A stretch of DNA of 64,000 nt from Podarcis erhardii. Taxonomy: Eukaryota. The notes beneath the pieces are model-generated. The model did not search any database. It was not told where the DNA came from and was given only the letters and a program-made list of their open reading frames with translations. The stretch's first letter is position 1; the number at the start of each line of letters is the position of its first letter. The translations under genes and the position numbers were made by a program. Shown here in pieces: positions 36,742 to 48,810 of this stretch. Location of the stretch: the NCBI GenBank assembly GCA_964252035.1, contig OZ176205.1, one strand, 5' to 3'.

Positions 36742-36933
36742 TTAGGAAGCTGGCTTATACCAAGTAAGACCATTGGCCCATCTAACACAGTATTGTCTTC
36801 ACCGATTGGCAGTGTCTGTCCAGGGTTTCAGGCAGCGAGTCATTGCAAGCCCTATCTGGAGACCCTCAAGGATTGAACCCGGGACCTTCTGAGTGCAAAG
36901 CAAATGCTCTACCACTGAGCTAGAGCTCTTTCC
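36742..36933 (-). mobile_element. tRNA-derived SINE with CR1-type 3' end (Squam2-like)
   Basis: The reverse complement begins gggaaagagctctagctcagtggtagagcatttgctttgcactcagaaggtcccgggttcaatcc (A and B boxes) and ends ttagatgggccaatggtcttacttggtataagccagcttcc. Confidence 0.8.
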
Positions 36934-39719
36934 CAACACTAATCAATAGTGTAAGACTATTGACAAGATCACTGAGATAAGGACTGTAGAGCCAAAATTG
37001 CATTACACTTACTATGAAGTAAGTCCTCTTGAACTCATTGAAACAAGATGCATAGGATTAGGCTATTTTGCCCAGCTAAAGTGTTTGAATCATTATTATT
37101 GCTTCTACGGGCAAATAGTTCCCTTGATTCACTTCTATACAAAGTTTAGATATTTGTGCTTCCTTGATTTTCATTTTTCTGGGTGTATGGAATTCCCTGA
37201 CACAATAACTCTGTATTCCTCAATGTGACCCTTTTCTGCTACCACCCATTCTCAGAATACTTTCGAAACCTCCCAGTAGGTTGATATATAATAGGCTTAG
37301 GTGTGAGATCAACAAGCAAGCTCTAAAATAATGCTGTGTGGCCTCTCATGGGGTGTATCCACTAAATTGGGTTAAAGGGGGAATAAACCTTACCCTCCAA
37401 TCTGACACATGCCTCCTAGGCTAAAGCAAGCCCCATTGAAGTAATTTGGAAAGTCTTCTAAGCAAAGATGCTTAGGATCAGGCTGGACGTCTTAACAGAG
37501 GTTTGACACCCTTTGCAATTTGTTTGAAAATCTTTTTCTCCCATCCAGTCCCCCTACTCCCAGCCTGACTTGGTTATAATACAACTGAATAATGTCCTTG
37601 GGTCTGAGATTCCATTTCAGTTTTAAAATAATGTTAAGGTCGTCTAAAAAAAAAAAAAGATAAACTTGAAAGCAACCTGCCCCTTTAAGAAAGGATTGGT
37701 CTTAATCTATTTCCAGCGTACAAGAGATCAGCTCAGGATTGCTGGGACACTTCCACTGACACAAATCTACATAATCGTTTTAAAATTCTCACCATTTCTT
37801 CCGATTATTCTCTTTCTGTCACTTTAGGAAGCTCTAAAACTGATTTTCTCTCCGTAATCTTCCAGTATTGCTTAGCACCCAAATCTCTAATATTTTAAGA
37901 AGATTATTTCATTTATAATTGATTGAGTGTATTTGCCAGATTGGTACTTCAAAGATGTTGTGCTTTTTTTAAAAAAAGGAAGAAGGGGGCTCAGGTAGCA
38001 CAGTATTACCCTGTTGTGCAACCCCGGCCTGTCTCCCTACCCCACCGAAGTTTCGCATCTCTCCCCATCACACGGTCTATGCATTTATTTACATTATCAG
38101 CTGAGCAGTTGAAAAAGCTTGCTGAGGATAAAAAGCAAGCAGGGATGACTCAAAATAGCAAATCAGGCAAAGAATCCGAGTTACTTTAATTGTCACCTAC
38201 TGGCAAAGCAGAACCCCCTTTGGTTCCTTCTCTAGTGTGCTTTTTCATGGCACAGTGCTTCTCCCTCAGTGTCAAGGCTCTTCCTAACAATGATTGGAAT
38301 TAAAGAATCTTCTAGAGATATTTTTGACAAGTTCAGTACTTAATGAAAGTTGGGAGACCTTGAACAAAGCTCACCTGGTCCAGGTGAAGATGCGGAGGGG
38401 CTGCAACAAAATGCTGCAGTGTGGAATGCTCCTGTTCAGTCTTCCAGCTTTTATTCAGGGTATGTGACTCCATTTCCCCTCCCCTATCCCACTCCCAGCT
38501 TTTTATCCCTCCCAACAGCCAGTAATCATGGGCAGCGTATTTAGTCCTCATTGATTGTGGTTGTTTTCATGTTGCCCTTGTTTGCCCCTCTGGGATTTTA
38601 CCCCTAAAGTTTTCATATGTATCTCCAAAAAAATCCGTGGGGCTTCTCTGAGCCTGCTGATGCCTTCCTCTTGTGAATGGATGTGCTTGTTTTGGCTACA
38701 TAATGATCACCTCTTTGAGAATGAGTTTGACATCCTTGGGCATGGGGAAGATGGAGGAGTCATTCTGGCTTTTAGCTGTTGTATCTGATACATAGGCCTC
38801 TAATGAGAAATGTTGGGTCCTGAAGAAGACAATTCCCATGCCCCCCCCCCTTTGTCTTTCAAAGAGTTGTCATGGAGCCAGTAACAGAGTGGCATATCAC
38901 CTCCCACAGCCCTTCTGTTTTATAAGTCCTTCTTCTGCCACACACCCATTTTTGCTTTGTGAGATGAACAGTGGTGTAGTGGGGTGGGGAATGCAGGTGA
39001 ATGCAGCGCCAATACTTCTTTCAGTGTAGAAATGATGACATCATCTGCCTGAGGGCCAGGGTCATTGTCAAGCCCTCCTTGCTCTGGCAAGCAAATGAGA
39101 TGAGCTGTCCCAAGTGTGTATATTATATTCTTCCATTTCTAGAAAACACTTCATCGATAAATATCACAGTGTGATTCCTAATATGTCATAAAGTAATAAA
39201 AGACAATATTATTTGTGACAGATTAACGAGAGAAGGTGAAAGAATGAGAAAAATAATCAAGTAGAGGTTGGGTACCTACCCCTTTTCTTTGATAGGGTTC
39301 CAACTTCAAGATAGCTATTAAAATGGTAAAGCTTCTCAGCTAATTTGTTTGTGTCTCTAATTAAAAGTTAAAGGTTGCATTTCAGTTGGCTTTATAAGCT
39401 GAACCTATACAATCAGAAGCAAGCACTGCTGAGTTCAATAGAACTCACTCCCAGGAAACTACATATAGGTTTGCAGCCATGCTGATTCTAATGCATTGTA
39501 AATTATGCTATGTATTGCTGCTCTCTGGTGTGTGTGTTATATATAATGGATCCTTGTTCACATAACTAGTTCTGTTGTGATCCATTGTGGATTCTCCTTC
39601 ATGGAAAGTAGTAATGTAGACAGAGGACACTACAGATACAGATTCATTTTATTATAAATAAATATGTACCTTGCACAGCCACCTTGGTGGACCTGCAACT
39701 GCTCTCCTTCCTCCTCTGG

Positions 39720-40090
39720 CCCAGAATCAGTGTCCAGGGTGAGGGCATGGGATCAGTTCTGCAGCTCCAATGACACTGCTTAGCTCCTGACAGTCCTGCT
39801 TCTGTGTGTCACATTAGTCCTGGGGTTTGCCTGCTGCAATGGGCAACCTTCCTCCTACCTAGGGGCACCCCACATGTGTTGCTGTTTCAGGACAGTCCAC
39901 TCTGCTTTATCAAGAAATTCCTCATTTTGCCCAGTAGCTCAAAGTGTGGATAGGCAAGTTGCTTTACCTTGTCTTCCAGCAAGACAACCAGCTTGCACTT
40001 GCTGCAGGTGTAGTTTTGCACATTCTCAGGCAGGAAGACAAACAGAGCACAGGGGCTGCAGGTCCTGGAGCAGATCCCTTGCTGTCCATG
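39720..40090 (-). mobile_element. Decayed CR1 LINE ORF1 N-terminal region
   Basis: Minus strand, with frameshifts: MDSKG…TCSPCALFVFLPENVQNYTCSKCKLVVLLEDKVKQL…EEFLDK, the CxxC…CxxC zinc finger plus leucine zipper of CR1 ORF1. Confidence 0.8.
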
Positions 40091-40340
40091 TCTCTTGGTT
40101 CTACATACACCATGAGAAAGCACTCCAGGCCTCCCCCTCAAAACGTCCTCACAAACACCTCTGCTTCATATTACTTGCCGGAACAATGATGAATTATTGT
40201 TGCTCCTATTTCCCAGTTGGATAACGAGAGATAAACTGAGGTATGAAATTTACTTAGTCTAACTTTGTCACTTTGCCTGCTGGATTTTAAACATAGTTTG
40301 GATATAGTTTGTTCAGGCTCTTGCTCACGTGATTACATGA

Positions 40341-40773
40341 TGTTGTTGTTTAGTCATTTAGTAATGTCTGACTCTTCGTGACCCCATGGACCAGAGCACG
40401 CCAGGCACTCCTCTCTTCCACTGCCTCCCGCAGTTTGGTCAAACTCATGCTGGTAGCTTCGAGAACACTGTCCAACCGTCTCATCCTCTGTCGCCTCCTT
40501 CTCCTTGTGCCCTCCATCTTTCCCAACATTAGGGTCTTTTCCAGGGAGTCTTCTCTTCTCATGAGGTGGCCAAAGTATTGGAGCCTCAGCTTCACGATCT
40601 GTCCTTCCAGTGAGCACTCAGGGCTGATTTCCATAAGAATGGATAGGTTTGATCTTCTTGCAGTCCATGGGACTCTCAAGAGTCTCCTCCAGCACCATAT
40701 TCAAAAGCATCAATTCTTCGGCGATCAGCCTTCTTTATGATCCAGCTCTCACTTCTATACATCACTACTGGGA
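40341..40773 (-). mobile_element. 5'-truncated Bov-B (RTE) LINE
   Basis: ORF 40350-40679 is nearly identical to 18822-19151. The (AAC)n tail appears as tgttgttgttt. Confidence 0.95.
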
Positions 40774-42704
40774 TACATATATGTATACTGTATTCCTAGG
40801 ATTACCAGTGCAGAAACCTACAAGACGATGGAAGGATCACATCTGTGAAAAATTGAAATACAACACTGAATTATGATTCACGTTATTGCCATGTGTGATT
40901 ATGTACTTGGGCATGCCAACTGTACTTTTATAAACAGATAATTAACAGCAAAATATCCTATGCACACTTCAGTCCATTGAATTGAATGGATATACAGGTA
41001 TATACAAATCATAAGTGCTTTATTCTCCTGACTTCTTAATTTGCATCCAAAAAAAGGTATCAGTAGCTGTTTCAGTGTTTCCTACTGAACTAAAGCTAAG
41101 CTTAGAGGTTCACAACTCCTGGAACTTTGCTCCACTCCTACTTTTGTTCAGTATATGAGGTTCACTGAGTCCCCCACATTTATCACACTCTGGCACAAGG
41201 TTTTTACCACTAGGCATGATGAGTGCCCCCCCCCAAAAAAAAATTCAGGCAATGTATTTCCAAAGCTGAAAGGAAGTGCAAGATGTGTAAGTTTTATTAG
41301 ATGCAATAGTCTGGACAATTTTTGCTCTATAGAGCTCATAAAATGAATTAAGCATTAAGGGTGACACAGATCATACCTCTTATTCCTTTGAAGTGCAAAG
41401 TTTTGCATGCTACAAGAGGAAGACTACCTATGCAATACCTTTGGAAGCAGTGAACAATTTGTAACTGTTGTATGCCATATCTAGTTCTGTTTTGATTTTT
41501 TCTCCCATTTTTTAAACAATTATCTGTCAGTTAATGAGAAAAGAAATTGCATTAGAAAATTGACAAAGGGAAGATAAATTTTCAGTGAACTTATGACTGA
41601 GCTGCAAAGGGTTTTTTTTTAATGCTTATCTTATTTTTGAGATGGCTGAAGAATGTATGTGAATGTCATTTTGTTTCATTCTTCAAATCATCTTACCACT
41701 TCTCTTCACATTGCAGCCTCCCAGGGTGCTTCAATCAAGACTGAGGCTAGGGGAATATATCATGATATAACTCCTCCCACAAGGCTTCTTCAGATCTGAA
41801 GGTGTGGGCAGCCAGGGACACTGTGGAGAGCTAGATAAATGTTCACAGGAAGGGAATAGAAAAATCAAACATAGTTAACTTGAAGCCCTGCACTCACAGA
41901 AATTATACAGTACCCTGAGAATATTGAAAATTGAAGCCTCTTTTTTAGGGCAAGAAAATATTTGAGAAATTGGAGGTGAAGTTTCAGCATAGCACCAGCC
42001 ATACCAAGAAGTCCTTGCTGTGTTTACTTATAGATAGCTGCTATTCTTTTTCCAAGTGATACTTAAAGGATATTCACTAGCAATGTAGTCTACCATCAGT
42101 TTGTAAAATAACAGGTGCTAGGATTCAAGTGTGCCTGAAAATCACATTTATGGTCCAGAAGCCTTTTCCCTTCATGACAGATGTGTTGGAGCAATCTTTA
42201 GATACACTGTGGTGCAAGGAAAGCATTTTGCCCATGCTGCTGTTCAATCTTGCATCACCATCAGAACAGGAGGGGGCAGGTATGCCAGGTGAGCCAGTTG
42301 GCATGGGCCAACGATTTTGAGAGGGCCTACAGAGGCAAAGTGAGAGTGTGCATCACTTTAACACCCTTGGTCAAAAGTTGCTCCAACAGAAAACAGTCCT
42401 TCATCCTACTTTGTCTCTCATTTGCTATGATTCAGATTTCATCCAGAAATGTAACTCTGAGGCACCTTTCCTCACTTTCTCTTTCACTTCTCTGAACCAA
42501 AAGTGTTGACATAAGTGAGAAGAGTCCCTTTCATTTTAGTCAGCTTTGAAGATCACTGACCCACAGTCTGTTTGCCTGCAATGCTCAGATGTGTTTGAAT
42601 GGGTATGTGATGTGTATCAATGAAAATACAGGCCAGACATGCATTTGCTCTGTATCCGTTGTTCCACAGTTAGCTGGGAACTGCATTTCATTACGTCATC
42701 CTCC

Positions 42705-42860
42705 TAGGAACACAAGAACAAAGAAGAACCCGGATGGATCAGACCAAAAGTCCACCTAGTCCAGCATCCTGCCCTCCCACTAACCAACGAGATGCTTATG
42801 AGAAGGCTGAAACAGCACTTTATCCACTTCTGATTAGCAGAAGGGCATACTCACTGCCTC
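42705..42860 (-). mobile_element. Decayed CR1 3' fragment
   Basis: aagaac…ggatcagaccaaaagtccacctagtccagcatcctg is the reverse complement of a CR1-type 3' end. Confidence 0.65.
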
Positions 42861-43348
42861 TGACACTGGATGTAATTCATATCTATTAAGGCTATGTACA
42901 AGCCTCCCAATGTAATTTGGGGCCTGATGCAGTGCTTTGGAACAACCCTGATCTGACCCAGGACGACCTGACCCAAATCCAGCCCTCAAACCTACCTGGG
43001 CACAGCCTTGAAGCCTGGGGGGAGGACGGCAGGGCCAAAAGGCAAGGTGAGGCCACTGCCTTGGGATGCAGGATCCACAGGGGTAGCAGATCCCAATGGA
43101 GATCTTCATTCCACCTGCTCCCCAACCCCTTGTTCCTGTTGTAGATCTTCACTTACCCCTTCTTCCCTGGTGGGGAAGGTGGTGCCATTTTGTGGTTTGC
43201 CTCAGATGCGCAAATGTATTGGGCCGGCCTGGGGGTGGGAGAGGAGGTCTGCCTCTCCTTCTCCCCCTCCCAACCATATGTTTAATTCAGGTTTTAAACC
43301 TTAATTAAACATGTGGTTGAGAGGGAGCCCCATGCAGGATTCACACAC

Positions 43349-43796
43349 TGTTAGAATTCCTGCTCCATGATTGCAGTCATAGGATTGTTGTCTTTCACAT
43401 GACGGTATGTGTTTTGACTCCACAGAGTGGGAAATGACGGAGACAGGATGTTTGTGTTACTGTGTTCCATGAAGTGGGACTATTGTCCTTTGTTCTTTTT
43501 CTCTTTGCTGTCTGATGCTAGAGAGAGAGAGAGCCACGTTGTAGTGCTCCGTGTGTGTTTATATGTAAATAAAGTAGATTAGCCAAAATGCTGAGTTGTT
43601 GAGGTCTGTTTCACAAAGCTGCGAAGACTCTGCGGATTCCTAAGTGTGCCGGTGTTGGTTGGCATCAGTCGCTGTGATGTTCGGGCAGAAGAAAGCTTTT
43701 GAAGCTCCCGAACGATCGACCAGGAGGGAGGGAACATGCCAGTCAGGCATGTGTCTCTACCAAGATCCTACTTGAGTGTAGGCTGAACTCCTGACA
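43349..43796 (+). mobile_element. Solo LTR (Gypsy/ERV-type), 448 bp
   Basis: TGTTAGAA…TCCTGACA termini (TG…CA, imperfect inverted). 5-bp TSD CACAC (43344-43348, 43797-43801). AATAAA at about 43568. Confidence 0.88.
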
Positions 43797-46700
43797 CACA
43801 CATCTCCTGACACACACCCCTGCCTTTCTTGCACCAGACCTTCCCTTTTACAGGCCTGGATTGCTTTGGGTGGAGCTGATTCAACCCAGGGCAGTCTGGG
43901 ACTGATTGAACCTGATCCACACAAATCCCAGGTCAAATCAAACTGGCCTGATTTAGTTCAGGATCTGGGATCTGGCTAGCTCCAGGACACAGCCTGAATA
44001 GCCATCCTAGTTAGTATCCACTGGCAGCCTTATCCTTTGTGAATTTGGATGAAGAGATTTGTATAGAAACTTTTCCTGTTCCACCCACCCACAAATAATT
44101 CAGGTGCATCTAAGGAGGGTTTGTGGCTGTTGTTTGGGTCAACGTTGCATAATATCAACATTGGCTCAATGCTTGCCCTCCTGCTGCCCTCATCTGATGG
44201 CCAAATATTCAGGGGACCAGGGAGGTGGGTGGGGGTGAGGTGTGCATGGATGGAGAGGATTAGACGTGGCAAACAAGCCAATCCGTCTGCTCAAACAATC
44301 CATGTGCTCATACCTTTAGAAGAGTCACTGACAGCACAATTTGGTTAGCTTAAAAATGAATGCAGCAACAAGCAAACAATTAAACAAACAGATAAGAGGT
44401 TGACACACAATTGGTTAAAATAGATAAATAGCCTAGAGATTTTGGTGAGTTGAGTTGTAAATTAGCAACTGTCAGGTCTATGCTAGCCTATGAACCTATT
44501 AAATGCTGCCCGCTGCAATAAGAGACTGATCTCAGAGAGTATGAAAATCCAGTGCTACATTAATCAGATACAAGTGGTCCTATGAATATTAGGAACAGTT
44601 GTGGGACAAGCAAAAACATACAGATTTATATGTTTTCAAACCCATCCTAAAAAATAGTCCAATTGACACATCCGTGGGTTTAAGTCTTAAATAGGTGTAT
44701 TGGAATTTTGCACCCATGCGGAAATATTGGAACGGTCTCTTTCTTTAAAAGAAGTAGCTATTTTCCATTTTCAAAGAACGAGTGTGAGGGAAGATCACCT
44801 AAAAGAGGTAGATAATGATTTGCCAGCCACACCTTCTGTTACAGTAAAATAAGCAATGCTTGAAAGAGACATGGAAACAGCCTTCTTCAAATCCAATTCA
44901 GGGATTTGGAATCCCCACTAAACGCTTAATTAATTTTTGATTAGCTTGAGAACCCATTAAACAGACTGATTCTTCTAGCTTTATAAAGGATGGCAGCATG
45001 CTGCTTTAATTAAATTAATACTAAAAGATGTTCATTTTCAAATCCTTATGTTGGTTATTTGAGAAGAAATCATTCCATTTCATTTCCTCTAAGAGGTTTA
45101 CCATGTTCTTTTCTCCAATACACTTCAAATATCTTTCTTTTCACATTATTCTGTTTGGGATGCCTTTGCCACTGCCTTCACGCATAGTAAGCCAATTCAC
45201 AGATTCATAGAGACCGTGAAGCTCAGATGCATCCTCCGAGGTCATCAAGGCTGACCCCCACCAGCTCTTGCACCACACTTTTCTCTGAACTTTCTCCTTT
45301 GATAATAATATTCAGACATTTTCTCGATTATGGGTGTCTACACGCATCACATCTGAAAGATTCTCCTCCAAGCAATTGCTAAGCCCATATTCTGAGTTAG
45401 ATTTGATAGGTCAACATTTCTACAACTAAGAGGCACAGGGTCTTGGCAAAGATGTGAATGTTTTGAAATGAGACATATGCTACAAAATATGAGAATTAAG
45501 GCAAACAAAGACTCATTCTGTAATCCTGGGTTCAGCTGCCATCACTAACTATCTCTTTATCTTTTAGTTTGGTTAAAGGTCTGGGGTACAACAAGAGTGA
45601 GAGAAATATGAAACTCACTTGTTTCTTGAGGCACTCAACTTCTCACTTGCCAGTGAAAATCAGTGCTCCCATCTGAATAATTGCACCCTTGGGTCTGTTT
45701 CTTGGTCACAGTAGGGTGTGACAGACCCCTGGAATGTCTACCGTAAAGCTCTAAGCTGGAGGGAAAACGAGAAAACCTGGGGGCAAGAGACAAATGAAAT
45801 GGAGTATTCTGAAAGAGGACATACCTGGCTAGCTAGAACCCTGAACAGGAGTACTCAATTTTTCTTCAAGTCCCACTTCTGATTTTTATTATTCAATTTA
45901 TTTAGTTCCAGTACATTTTAAATATTTTGACGTCTTCCTCCGATATTGGAATTGGTATTTATTATGTATTATATCCATGCATTTTTAATATAAAAAATTG
46001 CATATTTTATTGTTGGAGTACAAGGAGTCCACTCCACATTTCAGGTCAGTAAGGAATCTTGTTGTAATAAGTTGTCCTTTACAAGTTTGCAGTGCCATAT
46101 GATTAAAAGAATATGCTGTTGAAAAAGCATTCAGGAACAGTAACCTTTCCCCACCCCATGCTAAACTCTCTTCCTCTGGTTTCTAACTGCCTTCTCTCTT
46201 TGGAGGAGCGCAACAATGATTCTTCTATTAAATTAGCAGATGTTTTGGCTATAGAGGATTGGCTTTACACTGCTATTAATATGCCTTCTGGACCCCTATG
46301 CCGCCCTTATGCTTCAGAGCTGGGCTAAAGCTATCCTCTCAGGAGGTAAATTAATCCCAACTCCCAAGACCATATTAAATTCATTTTTATTAAAAGAAGA
46401 GGGGATGGCTCATCTTGAAAGCTATGCTGAGGCTTAAACCATCTGTAGGCTATCTGCAAGCATTCAGGTTGTGGAAGAATGGTGTCAGGTTGGCAGGGGA
46501 ACTAGAGCAGACCTGGCCAGTTCTGGTCGTCTAAAGGTTCAGCTCTGAAGGCCAGCTGTGTGTTCTGGACTGTGTTTGAAGGTCTGAATTGAGAGGCAGA
46601 AGCAGATGGCATGCTGCAGCTGTGCTGCTCCTGTGACCTCTCTCTGGCTGAGTCACTGCTGTATAATGGGACAGAGACAAGTAAGGGTGAGGCAGCACTG

Positions 46701-47589
46701 AGGTTGACATGGTGCAAATGCACTGGCAGAGCCTTTCCAGTGCTCCTGCCAGCATGTTTGCACCATGCTGCTCCTTGTTCCTCTCCCTTTCTGCAGCAGG
46801 GACTCAGCTGGTGGGGAGGATCAGGTGAGCGGCACAGCTCCACAAAGCCATCCACAACTGGTGGGAAAGCATTGCAGATGCACAGAACACTGGGAAATGT
46901 TCGTTATGAAATGGGTTGTTGAATGGCTGTGGCAACCTTCACATATGCCCCTCCCCTGCCCCCAGACACATGCACAGACCATAAACATCCACCACCACAA
47001 ACAACTAAAACCAGTCTTCCTTTGCCACAGTTTGAAGGGTCTCTCAGTAAAATAGCATCACAACTATTCTGGGCTGTCAGTGTGAGCATTCCTCATGTAC
47101 ATCACTCAGAGGTTAAAGCCGTCTTGGTGGTGTTTATCCCATTATGAAACCTTTGCTGGAATCTGACACCTTCACCCTAAATACTTGTGGCAACTGTCTC
47201 CATGAGCAGAGAAACTGAAGTTAAGTCCAACAAGAATGAATTGTGTGTTTGTTCCAGGACAGAGATGGATTAAGGATTAGGACACATGTGCTGCAGAAAA
47301 AGGGCTCCTGCTGTAGTTTGATTATCTGAGAAAATACTTGGTGGAAAATGAGACTCGGGGACTAAAATTCTCCCTGTCTGCTTTTCTTCCTGGATTTTGG
47401 AGTTCTGAATTACCTGTTCTTGTTTCCAAAATGGAACCAATCCATCAGGGATTTTTGATTGTTTACTGTCATCATCATCACCACCATCCAATTTTTGCAC
47501 AGTTTCCTGCAGCTTTCTATTCCTTTCATTTATTTACATCTTTCCCCTTCCTCTGCAAGTGCACAATGATAAAACACTGCAAAAATAGC

Positions 47590-47994
47590 AAAATTTATGG
47601 ACAAATCTTTCTATTTCAGTTTGTCTCGGTTTCTCACTTTTCCAGTCTTACAATCAGTTCTCCACCTATTCACATCACTTTGCAATAATAATAAACATTC
47701 ATATGAAAAATCACCAGCATTTTAGTGCACATTTCTCCTAATAAGGCACATGTTTACATGCAGTTTTACCTAATATGTACATTTCTGTAAAGCAAGTTTT
47801 CCTAGAATACATTTTTGTATGTTTTCACCAGTACATGCATTTTTATGTACACTTCGCTCCAGCATTTTCACATTACTTAGCTGAAGAACTGCATTGCAGA
47901 ATTAGGAGGGGTGTGAATCTTGAAGGATGGCTGTGTTTTGGTTCATGTAATGTTTTGGAAAGTGTGGGTTTTGGTAGGTTTGATCCCATCCCTA
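47590..47994. mobile_element. hAT-type MITE, TAGGGATGG family (reverse copy of 10904-11322)
   Basis: Ends CCCATCCCTA. Internal similarity, e.g. gaaggatggctgtgttttggttc versus gaaacatagccgtccttc. Confidence 0.65.
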
Positions 47995-48750
47995 ATCAGC
48001 AGCCATTCTGTCCAGCTGCAACAGAAAGAGAGAAGGGCCAGCAGACTTAGCTGAGACACAACTGCCTTTGGCTTCTCCTTTCCCTTCGCTGTCATCTCTT
48101 TCAGCTGATGGGCAGCTAGGCAAATTTATACTCTGAACCTTATGGTCTTATACCTTTTAGATGACCATGTGTATTGATGACCATGTGTATTTAGATGACC
48201 ATGCTCTCTTTTGACTGAAGTGCATCATAGAGAAACAGCATATATGGGAGAATGGACTTTAGATGTGAAAACAGTGCTTGCTTTCTGAGAGTTCCTGATA
48301 GAGTGGTGAGAGAAGGGGTTGGCTGTGTGTCCTGCGTTTTTTCCACATAGAAAGCCCTTGCCTTTATCTCCATGTCTTCTCCTCGGAAAAGTCTGAGTCT
48401 AATCTGGCTGTGGAATTTTTCACACTACTCTGATAATGTTGATATTTACCATGTCTTGGAGATGGACTGACAGTGTCAGAGGCATGTTCTCTCTCCCACT
48501 TTGATTTTATCTTTTTATATCTGTTGCCTTCTAAAACCCCAAATCACCAGCTTCCCAACCCACAAACCTAGTGCTTGGACCCTCTTGCAGCTCTCAGTTC
48601 CTTCTAAATCCTCTAACACTCCTTCACAGCTGCCACCACATCAAACATCTGCATTATGCAAGTCACTGCAGGCCAGCACTACCCACCCGATGCCCTTCCC
48701 CCTTGGATGCAATTATGGGTAAATTGCCAGAGGTACCACTGTATAGGAAA

Positions 48751-48808
<58 letters not shown>
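48751..48808. repeat. (GT)n(AT)n compound microsatellite
   Basis: Read directly. It lies just after a Tigger-like end (gaggtaccactgta). Confidence 0.95.

Positions 48809-48810
<2 letters not shown>

Noticed and set aside
36868-36933. tRNA gene on the minus strand
   Set aside because: A and B boxes are present, but the acceptor stem is not formed and the sequence runs into a CR1-type tail. It is a SINE head.
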